A stretch of 64,000 nt of DNA from Candidatus Kapaibacterium sp. GTDB taxonomy: Bacteria > Bacteroidota > Ignavibacteria > Kapaibacteriales > HRBIN21. The notes beneath the pieces were generated by a model, which saw nothing but the letters and a program-made list of their open reading frames with translations, was not told the DNA's origin and did not search any database. Of the stretch, positions 39,948 to 49,759 are shown in pieces. The stretch is taken from contig CALKEU010000007.1 in NCBI GenBank assembly GCA_938084565.1, forward strand, positions 115,039 to 179,038. Reading direction: 5' to 3'. The translations under genes were made by a program, and so were the position numbers. Each line of letters opens with the position of its first letter. Position 1 is the stretch's first letter.

Positions 39948-41203
39948 GTGGCGATGTCACGCCGATAGGTCTTCCCCTCGAACTGAATGCACTCGGCAGC
40001 CGCATAGCAGCGCTGCCGTGCCTCCTCCAGGGTCGGCGCAACGGCAACCACGTGGAGCACCCGTCCCCCCGCTGTCCAGAGAGCCCCGTTCTCCCACCGT
40101 GTTCCAGCATGGAACAGCAGCACACCGTGCTGCATAGCCTCCTCCACCCCCGTGATCCGAAATCCCGTCCGATAAGCCTCCGGATACCCTGCCGAGGCAA
40201 GTACAACACAGCAGGCATGCTGCCTTGAAGGCGCGCGGAGAGCGCTCCGGGCAAGCCTTCCTACAGCCGCACTCCCCAACAATGTCAGCCAATCAGCTTC
40301 CGCTATCGGCAGAACCACCTGAGCTTCCGGATCCCCAAAGCGCACGTTGAATTCCAGGACATACGGCTCGTCCCCGACGATCATAAGCCCTGCATAGAGG
40401 CATCCTACGAAGGGGGTCCCGTATCGCTGCAGGGCTTGTATGGTCGGCTGCAGAATACGGTGGTGAATGCGCTCCAATAGGGACGGCCCTACCCACGGAA
40501 CGGGAGCATATGCGCCCATACCGCCGGTATTTTTGCCACGGTCGCCTTCCAGCGCCCGCTTGTAATCACGCGCAGGCGCCAGAACAACATATTCTGCCCC
40601 ATCGCAGAGTGCCAATATCGAGAGCTCTTCCCCGGCTAAATACTCCTCGACCACTACCGTCTCCCCCGCCTGACCGAGAACTCCCCCAAAGAGCCCCTCC
40701 AGAGCCGCAAGAGCCTCCTCCCGGGTCTGTGCTACCGTTACCCCCTTCCCCGCAGCGAGTCCACTCGCCTTAATGACGAGTGGCAGGGGATGGTTTTCCA
40801 CATAACGCAGCGCTGCTTCACGCTCAGCGACGGAGAAAACCCGATATTGCGCCGTTGGGATCCCATTGTCCTCCATGAAACGCTTCGCAAACGCCTTGGA
40901 AGCCTCCAGTTGCGCAGCCTTCCGGGAAGGGCCAAAGACAGCAATGCCATTGTCTCGCAAGACATCAGCAATGCCCTGACTCAACAGTTCCTCCGGGCCA
41001 ACGACCACCAGACGAATACGCTCTGCCGTACAAAAGCGCACAATCTCCCGCTGATCTGCCACCGGGATATCCACCGGTTCGGCAATCTCCCAAATCCCCG
41101 GATTCCCAGGGGCAACAAACAAGCGCGGACGCTCCGGCGAGCGAATGAGCGCCCACGCTAGCGCATGCTCTCGACCACCGCTACCAATGATGAGCACGCG
41201 CAT
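39944..41203 (-). CDS. purD: Phosphoribosylamine--glycine ligase
   Basis: 'MRVLIIGSGGREHALAWAL' and the ATP-grasp core. 419 aa. Confidence 0.9.
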   Translation of the reverse strand: MRVLIIGSGGREHALAWALIRSPERPRLFVAPGNPGIWEIAEPVDIPVADQREIVRFCTAERIRLVVVGPEELLSQGIADVLRDNGIAVFGPSRKAAQLEASKAFAKRFMEDNGIPTAQYRVFSVAEREAALRYVENHPLPLVIKASGLAAGKGVTVAQTREEALAALEGLFGGVLGQAGETVVVEEYLAGEELSILALCDGAEYVVLAPARDYKRALEGDRGKNTGGMGAYAPVPWVGPSLLERIHHRILQPTIQALQRYGTPFVGCLYAGLMIVGDEPYVLEFNVRFGDPEAQVVLPIAEADWLTLLGSAAVGRLARSALRAPSRQHACCVVLASAGYPEAYRTGFRITGVEEAMQHGVLLFHAGTRWENGALWTAGGRVLHVVAVAPTLEEARQRCYAAAECIQFEGKTYRRDIAT

Positions 41204-41225
41204 GGTTCCCCCTCACCGTGCTGAG

Positions 41226-41264
41226 AAATACAAATGGCGGCCTGCCCCGGAGGACAATGCCGCC
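41226..41264 (-). terminator. Rho-independent terminator downstream of rpsD
   Basis: On the - strand: GGCGGCATTGTCCTCCGGGGCAGGCCGCC stem-loop followed by ATTTGTATTT. Confidence 0.45.
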
Positions 41265-41290
41265 ATCCCCGACGACCATTCGCAAGACGG

Positions 41291-41896
41291 CTACCGCGAG
41301 TAGAACTCCACCACCATCGGTACTTCGCAGATGACGGGAATTTCCTCCCGCGGTGGAAGGTAGAGCAGACGAGCGGAAAACTCCGCTTTGGAGACCTCAA
41401 TATACGGCGGGGCCTGCCCCGCTTGCCGTAGGGCTTCTTGAATGTCAGGAATACGCCGACTCTTCTCCCGTACCCGAACCACATCCCCGACCGAGAGCTG
41501 GTACGACGGGATATTAACCCGCCGCCCATTGACCTCAATGTGGCCATGGCGAACGTATTGGCGAGCAGCATAGATGGTTCGCGCAAAACCAGCTCTCAGC
41601 ACAAAAGCATCAAGCCGCCGTTCGAGCAGCTGAATCAGATTGTCAGCCGTATTGCCAGGCATACGACTTGCCTCCTCGTAGTAGCGTCGGAGCTGCCGCT
41701 CGTGAATGTTGTACTGAAAGCGCAAACGCTGCTTCTCCAAGAGCTGACGCCCGTAGTCGGAAAGCTTTGCCCGCCGCTTCTCGGGCCCATGCTGCCCTGG
41801 CGGGTACGGCTTCCGTTCCATGTACTTCTGCGCCTTGGGCGTCAGTGCAATTCCGAGCTTGCGCGAAAGCTTGACCTTGGGACCTGTGTACTTCAT
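41291..41896 (-). CDS. rpsD: 30S ribosomal protein S4
   Basis: 'MKYTGPKVKLSRKLG' N-terminus and the S4 RNA-binding domain. Start at the internal ATG at 41896. Confidence 0.9.
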   Translation of the reverse strand: MKYTGPKVKLSRKLGIALTPKAQKYMERKPYPPGQHGPEKRRAKLSDYGRQLLEKQRLRFQYNIHERQLRRYYEEASRMPGNTADNLIQLLERRLDAFVLRAGFARTIYAARQYVRHGHIEVNGRRVNIPSYQLSVGDVVRVREKSRRIPDIQEALRQAGQAPPYIEVSKAEFSARLLYLPPREEIPVICEVPMVVEFYSR

Positions 41897-41963
41897 GCTC
41901 TCAGCACCGCTGCACAACCAATGGTGCGCAAAAATAGGAAGCTCTCCTCACATGGCTAACCCC

Positions 41964-42572
41964 TCAGCGTCGTGCATGGTGCAGAGCCACTTTGAGGAGC
42001 TCTTCCGTCGTATGAATATGCTCGGCTCCGTGCTGTGCGAGCGCTTCACGGAGCATTTTCTCTGCTTCGCTCCGGCTATAGCCCAAGGCCATCAGTGCAG
42101 AGAGAGCTTCTCGCCGCATCAGGGATGGAATGCTGCTGATCTCCTCTTCCTCGACGAGCCGAATCCGCTCTCGGAGCTCCACGACCATGCGCTCGGCCGT
42201 CTTGCGCCCTATCCCGGGAAGCCGCTGGAGCGCTGCAACATCCCCCCGGAGAATACTCTCCCGGAGTTCAGCAATGGAAGCAGCAGAGAGGAGCCCAAGT
42301 GCCGTCTTCGCCCCAATGCCTGAGACACTCCGCAACAGCTCAAACAGCGTACTCTCGGCCTCCGTCAGGAAGCCAAAGAGCACCGCCTCAATCCGTCCCC
42401 CAGGGCCTTGGTACAGCTCCAGCACTGTCCACAGGCGGATGCGCTGCCCGGAGCTTGACAGGCGCTGCCGTGTGCTCTCGGGCACCATGACACGTAGTCC
42501 AATCCCACCGCAGTTGAGTACCACCTCCCCTTCACCGCATCGGACAATTTCGCCCTCAATGAAGGACACCAT
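41964..42572 (-). CDS. ruvA: Holliday junction branch-migration complex subunit RuvA
   Basis: 'MVSFIEGEIV' N-terminus, HhH motifs 'GIGAKTALGLL' and 'LPGIGRKTAERM'. Confidence 0.85.
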   Translation of the reverse strand: MVSFIEGEIVRCGEGEVVLNCGGIGLRVMVPESTRQRLSSSGQRIRLWTVLELYQGPGGRIEAVLFGFLTEAESTLFELLRSVSGIGAKTALGLLSAASIAELRESILRGDVAALQRLPGIGRKTAERMVVELRERIRLVEEEEISSIPSLMRREALSALMALGYSRSEAEKMLREALAQHGAEHIHTTEELLKVALHHARR

Positions 42573-42583
42573 TCCAAGCAGAG

Positions 42584-43474
42584 TTAGAGCTGCTGAAGGC
42601 GCTTGAGTGCCCGAGGGGCAAATTCGCTCGTTGGAAAGCGCTGGACGAGGGTCTGGAAGTACTGTCGTGCGCGTTCGCGGTCACCCTGCCGGAGGTAGCT
42701 CTCGGCCAATAGAGCATATGCTGCTGCCGCCTTCGGGGCCGCCGAGTGCTGAATGACCGCCTGGAGCTCTGTAATGGCTTGCCCGTATTGGCCTTGCCGG
42801 AAAGCAATATCTCCACGCCAGTAATGGGCGTTGCTCAGCAACACCGGATCCTTAGCTTCCTTGACAACACGCTCGAGCAGCTCCCATGCATTGCCGTACT
42901 CCTGGCGCGCAATGTGCTGTAATGCTTTCGTGTACTGCTGCAGCACAGCCGCATTGGAGAGAGCACCTCCAGCAGTTGCCTTGCCTTCAGGAGGATGCTC
43001 TGCCACTGTTTTTGCACTCGTTTTCTCGCCAGCAGTCGCATGCGCACGTGTACGGACGGTCTTACCTCTTCCCCTTGTCCCCCGATACTCTCGGCGAGTC
43101 AATGCAGTCGAGGGCGTGTCCGAGCGCAGAGCATTCAGCCCTTGAGCCAGCTCGGCCAGCTCTGCTACCATGAGCCCCATGCGTTGAATATCTTGCTGCA
43201 TCTGCTCCAGTGTCTCTCGCATCTTGTTCTGCTCTGTCGAAAGTTGGTCTAGGGCTTCTCGCAAGGTCGGAAGCCGCCGGGCTGGGAGCCCAGCAACCGC
43301 CGTGTCTGCGGCTGTACGTCCTAGGCTATCCCCTGCCTCGCGCATCTGAGGCTGCAGGCCCGCCAATTGCTGCTCCAATACCATCAGCGGTGGTACCGCC
43401 CGTTCCATCGGGCGCATGGACCCACAGCCTAGAGCCCCAACACCCACCACCAGTACCCAATACCACACCATCAC
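42584..43474 (-). CDS. Periplasmic coiled-coil + TPR protein (CpoB/YbgF-like)
   Basis: Signal peptide, long coiled coil, C-terminal TPR triplet ending 'FPTSEFAPRALKRL', as in Tol-Pal-associated YbgF. Confidence 0.45.
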   Translation of the reverse strand: MMVWYWVLVVGVGALGCGSMRPMERAVPPLMVLEQQLAGLQPQMREAGDSLGRTAADTAVAGLPARRLPTLREALDQLSTEQNKMRETLEQMQQDIQRMGLMVAELAELAQGLNALRSDTPSTALTRREYRGTRGRGKTVRTRAHATAGEKTSAKTVAEHPPEGKATAGGALSNAAVLQQYTKALQHIARQEYGNAWELLERVVKEAKDPVLLSNAHYWRGDIAFRQGQYGQAITELQAVIQHSAAPKAAAAYALLAESYLRQGDRERARQYFQTLVQRFPTSEFAPRALKRLQQL

Positions 43475-43519
43475 GACCGTACTACGTGCAAGCTCCGTGC
43501 CACCTGCAGACAGCCTCCA

Positions 43520-44668
43520 TCACGGGCTCCCATAGGGCTTCTCCATGTAGCGACGGGCCTCTTCGTGCGAATTCTGTACATTCCGCCACGAGAGGACCTT
43601 GCGATATTGCATCAGTGCCAGCTCGCGCTTGCCCTGCAGATCGTAGATGTTGCCAATCTTGAGATTGACCTTGACCATAAAGCCGGAGGGATCCTCATCG
43701 AGCACCCGGCTGAGCTCGTCACACTTGTAAAAGTAGCGTAGAGCCTCCTCGTACTCTCCACGTTGCATGAGAGCAAGCCCGACGTAGTAGAGCGCCTCAC
43801 GCGCGGTCAGCTCTTCGTAGCCTGGCCACTTTTCAATGGAGCGGCGCAGAATTTCCCGCCACGTCTCCTCCATCTTCTCTTGAACACCCAGGCGGACATA
43901 GCACCGCCCCAGATAGCGATGGAAGTACGGGTTACGTGGGTATTGCTGCATGAGCTCTTCAGCGACCGCAAGCGCTTCAGGGATATTCTGCTCGAAGTCG
44001 TAGAGGATCTGGAGCAGTACCACCCGAGCTTCCGTAGCAGCGTAACGGGCATGGCGAGCAGAAGCTCGTAATTGAGCAATGCCTAATTCCTTATCCCCCG
44101 GCGGCAAGAAGAGCAGCAGCGGGCGCAGAATCGGATACATCTCCGGCAGTTTGACGGCATAGTAGTTGTAAAGACCCGTCCCGAGCAGCACATCGTAGTT
44201 TGTCGGCGCTAGACGCTGAACACGCATGAGAATATCGAAGCCCTCTCGTCCATCATTTGCGGCACGGATCCAACTTTCCCGCATTGCATAGAAGCGCCCT
44301 CGGTAGCCCAGTGCCCCTCCTCGGAAGAAGAGTCCAACGATGTCGTAGGGATTCTGCTCCAACAGGGGCTTGCAGACCTCGAGCACACGCTGGATCTTGT
44401 CGAGAAACTCCTCATCGTAGGCTCGCGACCGCCGGTTCGTCAGAATCTTCCACCACGCTACCATGGCTTCCATGAAGTACCCTGCCGGATGCGCAGGGTA
44501 GCGGGCGATGAGCTCTCGAAAGTAGGTCTCGGCACTGTCGAACTGCAAGTTGTAGATGTAAAAAATGCCCTGCCGCACGAGGCTGTCGGCATCCTCCCGC
44601 ATGAGCACCCACTGCGCTCGGGCGCTGAGCACACCCCCGCCGAAGAGCAGCAGCGCTATGAGCACCAT
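43520..44668 (-). CDS. TPR-like repeat protein, hypothetical
   Basis: Signal peptide from the internal start, then helical-repeat composition. No catalytic motif. Confidence 0.4.
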   Translation of the reverse strand: MVLIALLLFGGGVLSARAQWVLMREDADSLVRQGIFYIYNLQFDSAETYFRELIARYPAHPAGYFMEAMVAWWKILTNRRSRAYDEEFLDKIQRVLEVCKPLLEQNPYDIVGLFFRGGALGYRGRFYAMRESWIRAANDGREGFDILMRVQRLAPTNYDVLLGTGLYNYYAVKLPEMYPILRPLLLFLPPGDKELGIAQLRASARHARYAATEARVVLLQILYDFEQNIPEALAVAEELMQQYPRNPYFHRYLGRCYVRLGVQEKMEETWREILRRSIEKWPGYEELTAREALYYVGLALMQRGEYEEALRYFYKCDELSRVLDEDPSGFMVKVNLKIGNIYDLQGKRELALMQYRKVLSWRNVQNSHEEARRYMEKPYGSP

Positions 44669-44759
44669 CGCAAAACCCCTCCTTTGCTTGGGCCAAAAGA
44701 CGAATAACTCTCCCTCTTCCACACCCCGCATCCCCCCTCCTTCCCCGAAGGCCTTCTAC

Positions 44760-46301
44760 TTACGGAACGGCCATCGACTGCAGTTTGCGCCCCTGTTGAG
44801 CAATTCGCCAAACCACACGAGCTGCCAGGAGCGCAACCCGAGAAAGCTTGTCGTAATTGAGCCGATCGGCATGATCGCTCGGACGGTGGTAGTCCTCGTG
44901 GAGCCCTGTAAAGAAGAAGGCCGCAGGGATACCGCGGCTGACAAATACGGCATGGTCGCTAGCTCCCCACACATCCCTCTGCGCCTCCTGCCCTAGCAGG
45001 AAGGGAAGAGTAAGTCGCTGGTTCTCCTGCTCGACGAGTCGCCGCAACCACTCCTCCGAGACGCCTACCGAGAGGGAATCGGGATGATTGCGCCCGATCA
45101 TGTCCAAGTTCACCATAGCCAAACAGCTGTCCAACGGGAGCGGTGGAGCCGCAACGAAAGCACGCGATCCCAGCAATCCCCTCTCTTCGCCGCTAAAGGC
45201 AACAAAGACAATGCTCCGCTCTGGTGCCCGCCTCCATTGGCTTAGAGCACGAGCCATGAGCAATAGTCCAGCCGTTCCCGATGCATTGTCATCGGCTCCG
45301 TTGTAAATCGAATCTGCACTGTTCGCAGAAGCCATGACGCCAACATGGTCGAAGTGCGCTCCAACGAGTACATACTCCCCCGGAAAGCGCCGCCCCGGCA
45401 GGAGAGCAACAACGTTGGGGACCGACACTCGCTCCCTTTCTTCAAAAGCGACAGCAAGGTCCACCCGCACATCCGGAATTGGCTCTACGAGGGGATGCGT
45501 AAGAGTATCGGCCCGACGGAGGCGCTCACGCAGGGCTTCAATACTGCCTAACGCTGCCTCAATGACTTCCTGCCCAACGCTGTACATGACTGGAACCATC
45601 GTATCAGGGATGGCAAGCTGCCAGGGCAAGCTCTGCACCAGAGGGCTCGAGCTCAAAGCAGGCCACGGAAATCGCTGAGGGCGCAAACCTCGCTGCGCCT
45701 CGGGGTGGTCGCTCAAGAGAATCCCCACGACACCGTATCGACGCAACTGCCGTGCAATAGTTCTCAGAGGCGCGTACCAGCCTGTCGTTCGCATAGTATC
45801 GGTACGCCGACTGCGGATGAGGAGGACAACACTGCCCTGTAGGTATGAAGCCCAGCCCTCAAGGTAGGCCGTATCCAGCCTCTCTCCTCCTATGAGGATG
45901 AGTGGGGCATTCTCCTGCCGTCCAGCTCCCGTCATGCTGTGCGGAACGGCCTGCTGCGGAATTCTTGCCTCCCAGGAGGCAGGCCCCTTCCGGATACGCA
46001 CGAAGAGGCTGTCTGGAGCCAGATCCCGGCGTACCAGCTCATATTCGTACCAGTAGCTTTTCCCCACGGGTTGAAGTCCCCAACGCTGGAAGGCATCGGC
46101 AATGTATTGAGCGGCTCGGAGAAGCTCAGGGCTCGGTGTAGCACGCCCGCGAAGTTCGTCGGAGGCGAGAAACTCTACATACTGCCGGGCGCTCTCCGGC
46201 GCAAATTCTCGAGCAAGCGGACGGGGAAGCTCCAGTGAGCTACACCCAAGTCCACTGAGGCTACACAGGATCAGCAGAATCCGGACACCGTGCGAGTCCA
46301 T
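44760..46301 (-). CDS. M28-family zinc peptidase (lipoprotein)
   Basis: 'GAHFDHVG', 'GADDNASGTAGLL' and 'SGEE' zinc-ligand motifs of M28 aminopeptidases. Lipobox 'LSGLGCSS'. Confidence 0.7.
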   Translation of the reverse strand: MDSHGVRILLILCSLSGLGCSSLELPRPLAREFAPESARQYVEFLASDELRGRATPSPELLRAAQYIADAFQRWGLQPVGKSYWYEYELVRRDLAPDSLFVRIRKGPASWEARIPQQAVPHSMTGAGRQENAPLILIGGERLDTAYLEGWASYLQGSVVLLIRSRRTDTMRTTGWYAPLRTIARQLRRYGVVGILLSDHPEAQRGLRPQRFPWPALSSSPLVQSLPWQLAIPDTMVPVMYSVGQEVIEAALGSIEALRERLRRADTLTHPLVEPIPDVRVDLAVAFEERERVSVPNVVALLPGRRFPGEYVLVGAHFDHVGVMASANSADSIYNGADDNASGTAGLLLMARALSQWRRAPERSIVFVAFSGEERGLLGSRAFVAAPPLPLDSCLAMVNLDMIGRNHPDSLSVGVSEEWLRRLVEQENQRLTLPFLLGQEAQRDVWGASDHAVFVSRGIPAAFFFTGLHEDYHRPSDHADRLNYDKLSRVALLAARVVWRIAQQGRKLQSMAVP

Positions 46302-46309
46302 CGAACACT

Positions 46310-49300
46310 TCAAGCCTGAAGCCACAGACGAACCCGCCCCTCTGGAACCGCTTGCGCAAGTTCACGAAAGCCCTCCAGAGAAAGCTCAACCCCGACGTGC
46401 GGCACACGGTAGGCACGTACAGGAGCTCCTTGCTCATACAGGCAGATCAGCACCGGACATCCCCCAAGTCCGCGCTCCCGGAGACGATGCAGGCGCTGAA
46501 TGCTCTCCACCACCTCTTTCGTCAGGGGAAGCTCAATGCGGAATCCCTGAGCCAGACGCCGGAGCCCTCGCTCGAGCGGCTCTGCCTGGGCTACGATCAA
46601 GCGTGGGATCCCTTCACGGGTTTCCAGCCGACCGCTCAGAAGCACAAGTTCCCCCTCCTGCAGACACGATTCGGCCTGATTCAGCACCGTATGCCAGAAG
46701 ACCGCCTCGGCCTGCCCGCTCCAATCCTCAACGAGAGCAAAGGCAATGGGGCGTCGCTGCCGGTCGCGGCGACGCTCTACCGACACAATAACAGCCGCTA
46801 CCGAGAGTGGGCCTCCATTGGAGACCTCTCCCATCTGCTGGAGTTGTGCAATAGGCACGACCACTCCTTCCAGGAGCGGCTCGTATTCCTGCAGTGGATG
46901 GGCGCTCAGGTAGAAACCGAGCACCTCGCGTTCGCGCTGCAGCTGCTCTCGTAAGCTCCATGGAGCAACCGATGGGAGCTCGGGCTCTGTCAGGGCAATC
47001 TCTGGCGCACCGAAGAGATTCTCCATCGAAGGAGAGCTCTCACTATTGCGGGCATATTCCAGAGCTTGCCCGACGGCGGCCATCAGCTGTGCTCGGTGTC
47101 CACAGCGGAGCCCATCGAAAGCCCCTGCAGCAATCAGAGCTTCCAGCGCTCGCCGATTGAGGATGCGCGGATCGGTCCGGCGCACCAGATCGAAGAGGGA
47201 GCGGAAGGGCCCCTGCTGCCGCGCCCGCACAAGCTCCTCCGCCGCTGCCATCCCAACGTTCTTGATACCCGCTAACCCGAAGGAGATCCGCTGCGCATCC
47301 AGTGCTTGAAAGGTTGCCTGCGAGCTGTTTACATCCGGAGCTAACACCGTGATGCCGAAAGCTTTGGCCTCACGCACAAATTGCACCAACTTCTCCTGGT
47401 GCGCTATCTCCGCCGTCATGGTGGCAGCGAGGAATTCAGCCGTAAAGTGGGCCTTCAGATAGGCCGTCTGATAAGCCAGGTAAGCGTAAGCGAGCGCATG
47501 GGACTTGTTGAAGCCATAGGAGGCAAAGCGCTCGATGAGGGCGAAGATCGCCTCGGCAACCTCCGGCGGGATGCCTCTGCGCACAGCCCCATCGATGAAG
47601 GCCTGCCGCTGCTGCTGCATGAGCTGCTGGTCTTTCTTGCCCATGGCACGGCGCATCAGATCGGCCTGCGCCAGCGAAAAGCCAGCTATGACCTGCGCCA
47701 GCTGCATAACCTGCTCTTGGTAGATGATGATGCCGTAAGTCGTCCGCAGAAGGGGCTCCATGAGTGGATGCAGATACTCTATCGGCTTGCGCCCATGTTT
47801 GCGGGCGATGAACTCGGGGATGTACTCCATCGGCCCCGGGCGGTTGAGAGCATTGAGAGCCACTAAATCCTCGAGCGAATTCGGCCGCAACTGCCGAAGA
47901 GCCTCCTGCATGGTCTCGGATTCAAATTGGAAAATGCCCAGCGTGCGCCCACTGCTTAGGAACTCGTACGTTGTGGCATCGTGCAAATCCACCGTGTCGA
48001 TGGCTACCTCAACGCCGCGCGTGCGACGTACCATCTCGACAGTGTTGTCAATGATTGAGAGCGTCCTCAGCCCGAGGAAATCCATCTTGAGCAAGCCGGC
48101 ATCTTCGAGCTCACGCATGGCATATTGGGTGACAACTTCCCCGCTGGGGGCACGGCACAGCGGAACGTAGTCGCTGACTGGCCCTGGGGCAATGACAACA
48201 CCGGCTGCATGCACAGAAATATTGCGGCAAAAGCCTTCCAGAGCAAGCGAGAACTCCACCAACTGACGCAGTTTGGGATCCTCTGCCTCCCGCACCCACT
48301 GCAGATCGGGCAGCTGAAGCGCCTCCTCTAAGGGAATGGGCTTGCCGAGCACTACAGGGATCTTCTCGGTGATGGAGTTCAGCAGCGAGATCGGAAGCCC
48401 GAGGACCCGCCCTACATCCTTGATCACGGCCCGGCTCGAAAGCGTGCCAAAGGTGATAATCTGGGCAACCGATTCCTCCCCGTAGCGCCGGCGGACATAC
48501 TCGATGACCAAGTCACGCTTGTCATCGCTGAAGTCTACATCGATATCGGGAAGCGAGACCCGCTCAGGGTTCAGGAAGCGCTCGAAGAGCAAGCCATACG
48601 GCAGCGGGTCAATACTGGTGATACCGAGTGCATATGCCACAAGGCTCCCCACCACAGAGCCCCGTCCAGGCCCAACCCGTATCCCCATTCGGCGAGCAGC
48701 AGCAATGAAGTCCTGTACAATGAGGAAGTAGCCAGCAAAGCCCATACGCGTGATGACCTCGAGCTCGTAACGGGCTCGTTCAGCCACATCTACCGGGATG
48801 GGGTCCCCATAGCGCTCTCGCAATCCACGCCAGACGAGCTGGGTTAAGTACTCCTCCAGCGTGCTGACCCCTGCATCGGGCGGAATGGGGAAGTGGGGCA
48901 TGTGCAGTGTAGGAGTCAGCTCAAGAGTGCATTTTTCTGCCACCTCCAGCGTTTGCGCAAGAGCATCCCAGTGCTGCGGGAATAGTCGGGCCATTTCAGC
49001 GGCCGTCTTCACGTACATTTCCGGCTGGCGATAGCGTAGCTGCGTAATGTCGACCGCCCGCCGCAGGGAGCTTACATCGCGGATGTGAAGCAGCACATTG
49101 TGTGCCAGCGCATGCTCTCTGCGGATGTAATGGCAATCGTTTGTCACCACCATTGGAATGCCCAGTTCCCGAGCAATGCGGGGCACATAGGTCAGCACTG
49201 CCTCATCTTCGGGCAAATTGTGCCACTGCAACTCGAGATAGAAGTCCTCGCCGAAGAGCTCCCGATACTGGGCCGCCGCCCGATAGGCACTTTGGTAGTC

Positions 49301-49759
49301 CCCGGCTACCAGATGGGCGTTGACAACCCCAACCAAGCAGCCCGAGAGCGCAATGAGTCCTTCGTGATAGCGCTCGAGCAGTTCCCAATCAATCCGCGGC
49401 CGGTAGTAATAGCCCTCTAGGTGGGCGAGGGTCACCAGTTTGATGAGATTCCGGTAGCCCTGTTCGTTCTTGGCCAACAGCACCAGATGATAGTAGTTGC
49501 GCTGTTTCGGCAGGGGGCGGTCGAAGCGACTCCCCACGGCCATATAGACCTCACATCCGATGATGGGCTTGATACCGGCGGCCTTCGCCTCTTTGTAGAA
49601 CTCCAGGCACCCGAACATGACGCCGTGATCCGTCAGCGCCACGGCTGGTTGCTCATCGGCCGCGACGGCCTGCACGAGCTGCCGCGGCGTGCAAGCCCCA
49701 TCGAGAATGGAGTAGTGCGTGTGGTTATGCAAATGGACAAAGGGCACAGAGGCACTCAT
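46310..49759 (-). CDS. dnaE: DNA polymerase III subunit alpha
   Basis: PHP domain 'FVHLHNHTHYSILDGA'; polymerase palm and OB domains; ~1149 aa. ATGA overlap with the upstream repeat-protein gene. Confidence 0.9.
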   Translation of the reverse strand: MSASVPFVHLHNHTHYSILDGACTPRQLVQAVAADEQPAVALTDHGVMFGCLEFYKEAKAAGIKPIIGCEVYMAVGSRFDRPLPKQRNYYHLVLLAKNEQGYRNLIKLVTLAHLEGYYYRPRIDWELLERYHEGLIALSGCLVGVVNAHLVAGDYQSAYRAAAQYRELFGEDFYLELQWHNLPEDEAVLTYVPRIARELGIPMVVTNDCHYIRREHALAHNVLLHIRDVSSLRRAVDITQLRYRQPEMYVKTAAEMARLFPQHWDALAQTLEVAEKCTLELTPTLHMPHFPIPPDAGVSTLEEYLTQLVWRGLRERYGDPIPVDVAERARYELEVITRMGFAGYFLIVQDFIAAARRMGIRVGPGRGSVVGSLVAYALGITSIDPLPYGLLFERFLNPERVSLPDIDVDFSDDKRDLVIEYVRRRYGEESVAQIITFGTLSSRAVIKDVGRVLGLPISLLNSITEKIPVVLGKPIPLEEALQLPDLQWVREAEDPKLRQLVEFSLALEGFCRNISVHAAGVVIAPGPVSDYVPLCRAPSGEVVTQYAMRELEDAGLLKMDFLGLRTLSIIDNTVEMVRRTRGVEVAIDTVDLHDATTYEFLSSGRTLGIFQFESETMQEALRQLRPNSLEDLVALNALNRPGPMEYIPEFIARKHGRKPIEYLHPLMEPLLRTTYGIIIYQEQVMQLAQVIAGFSLAQADLMRRAMGKKDQQLMQQQRQAFIDGAVRRGIPPEVAEAIFALIERFASYGFNKSHALAYAYLAYQTAYLKAHFTAEFLAATMTAEIAHQEKLVQFVREAKAFGITVLAPDVNSSQATFQALDAQRISFGLAGIKNVGMAAAEELVRARQQGPFRSLFDLVRRTDPRILNRRALEALIAAGAFDGLRCGHRAQLMAAVGQALEYARNSESSPSMENLFGAPEIALTEPELPSVAPWSLREQLQREREVLGFYLSAHPLQEYEPLLEGVVVPIAQLQQMGEVSNGGPLSVAAVIVSVERRRDRQRRPIAFALVEDWSGQAEAVFWHTVLNQAESCLQEGELVLLSGRLETREGIPRLIVAQAEPLERGLRRLAQGFRIELPLTKEVVESIQRLHRLRERGLGGCPVLICLYEQGAPVRAYRVPHVGVELSLEGFRELAQAVPEGRVRLWLQA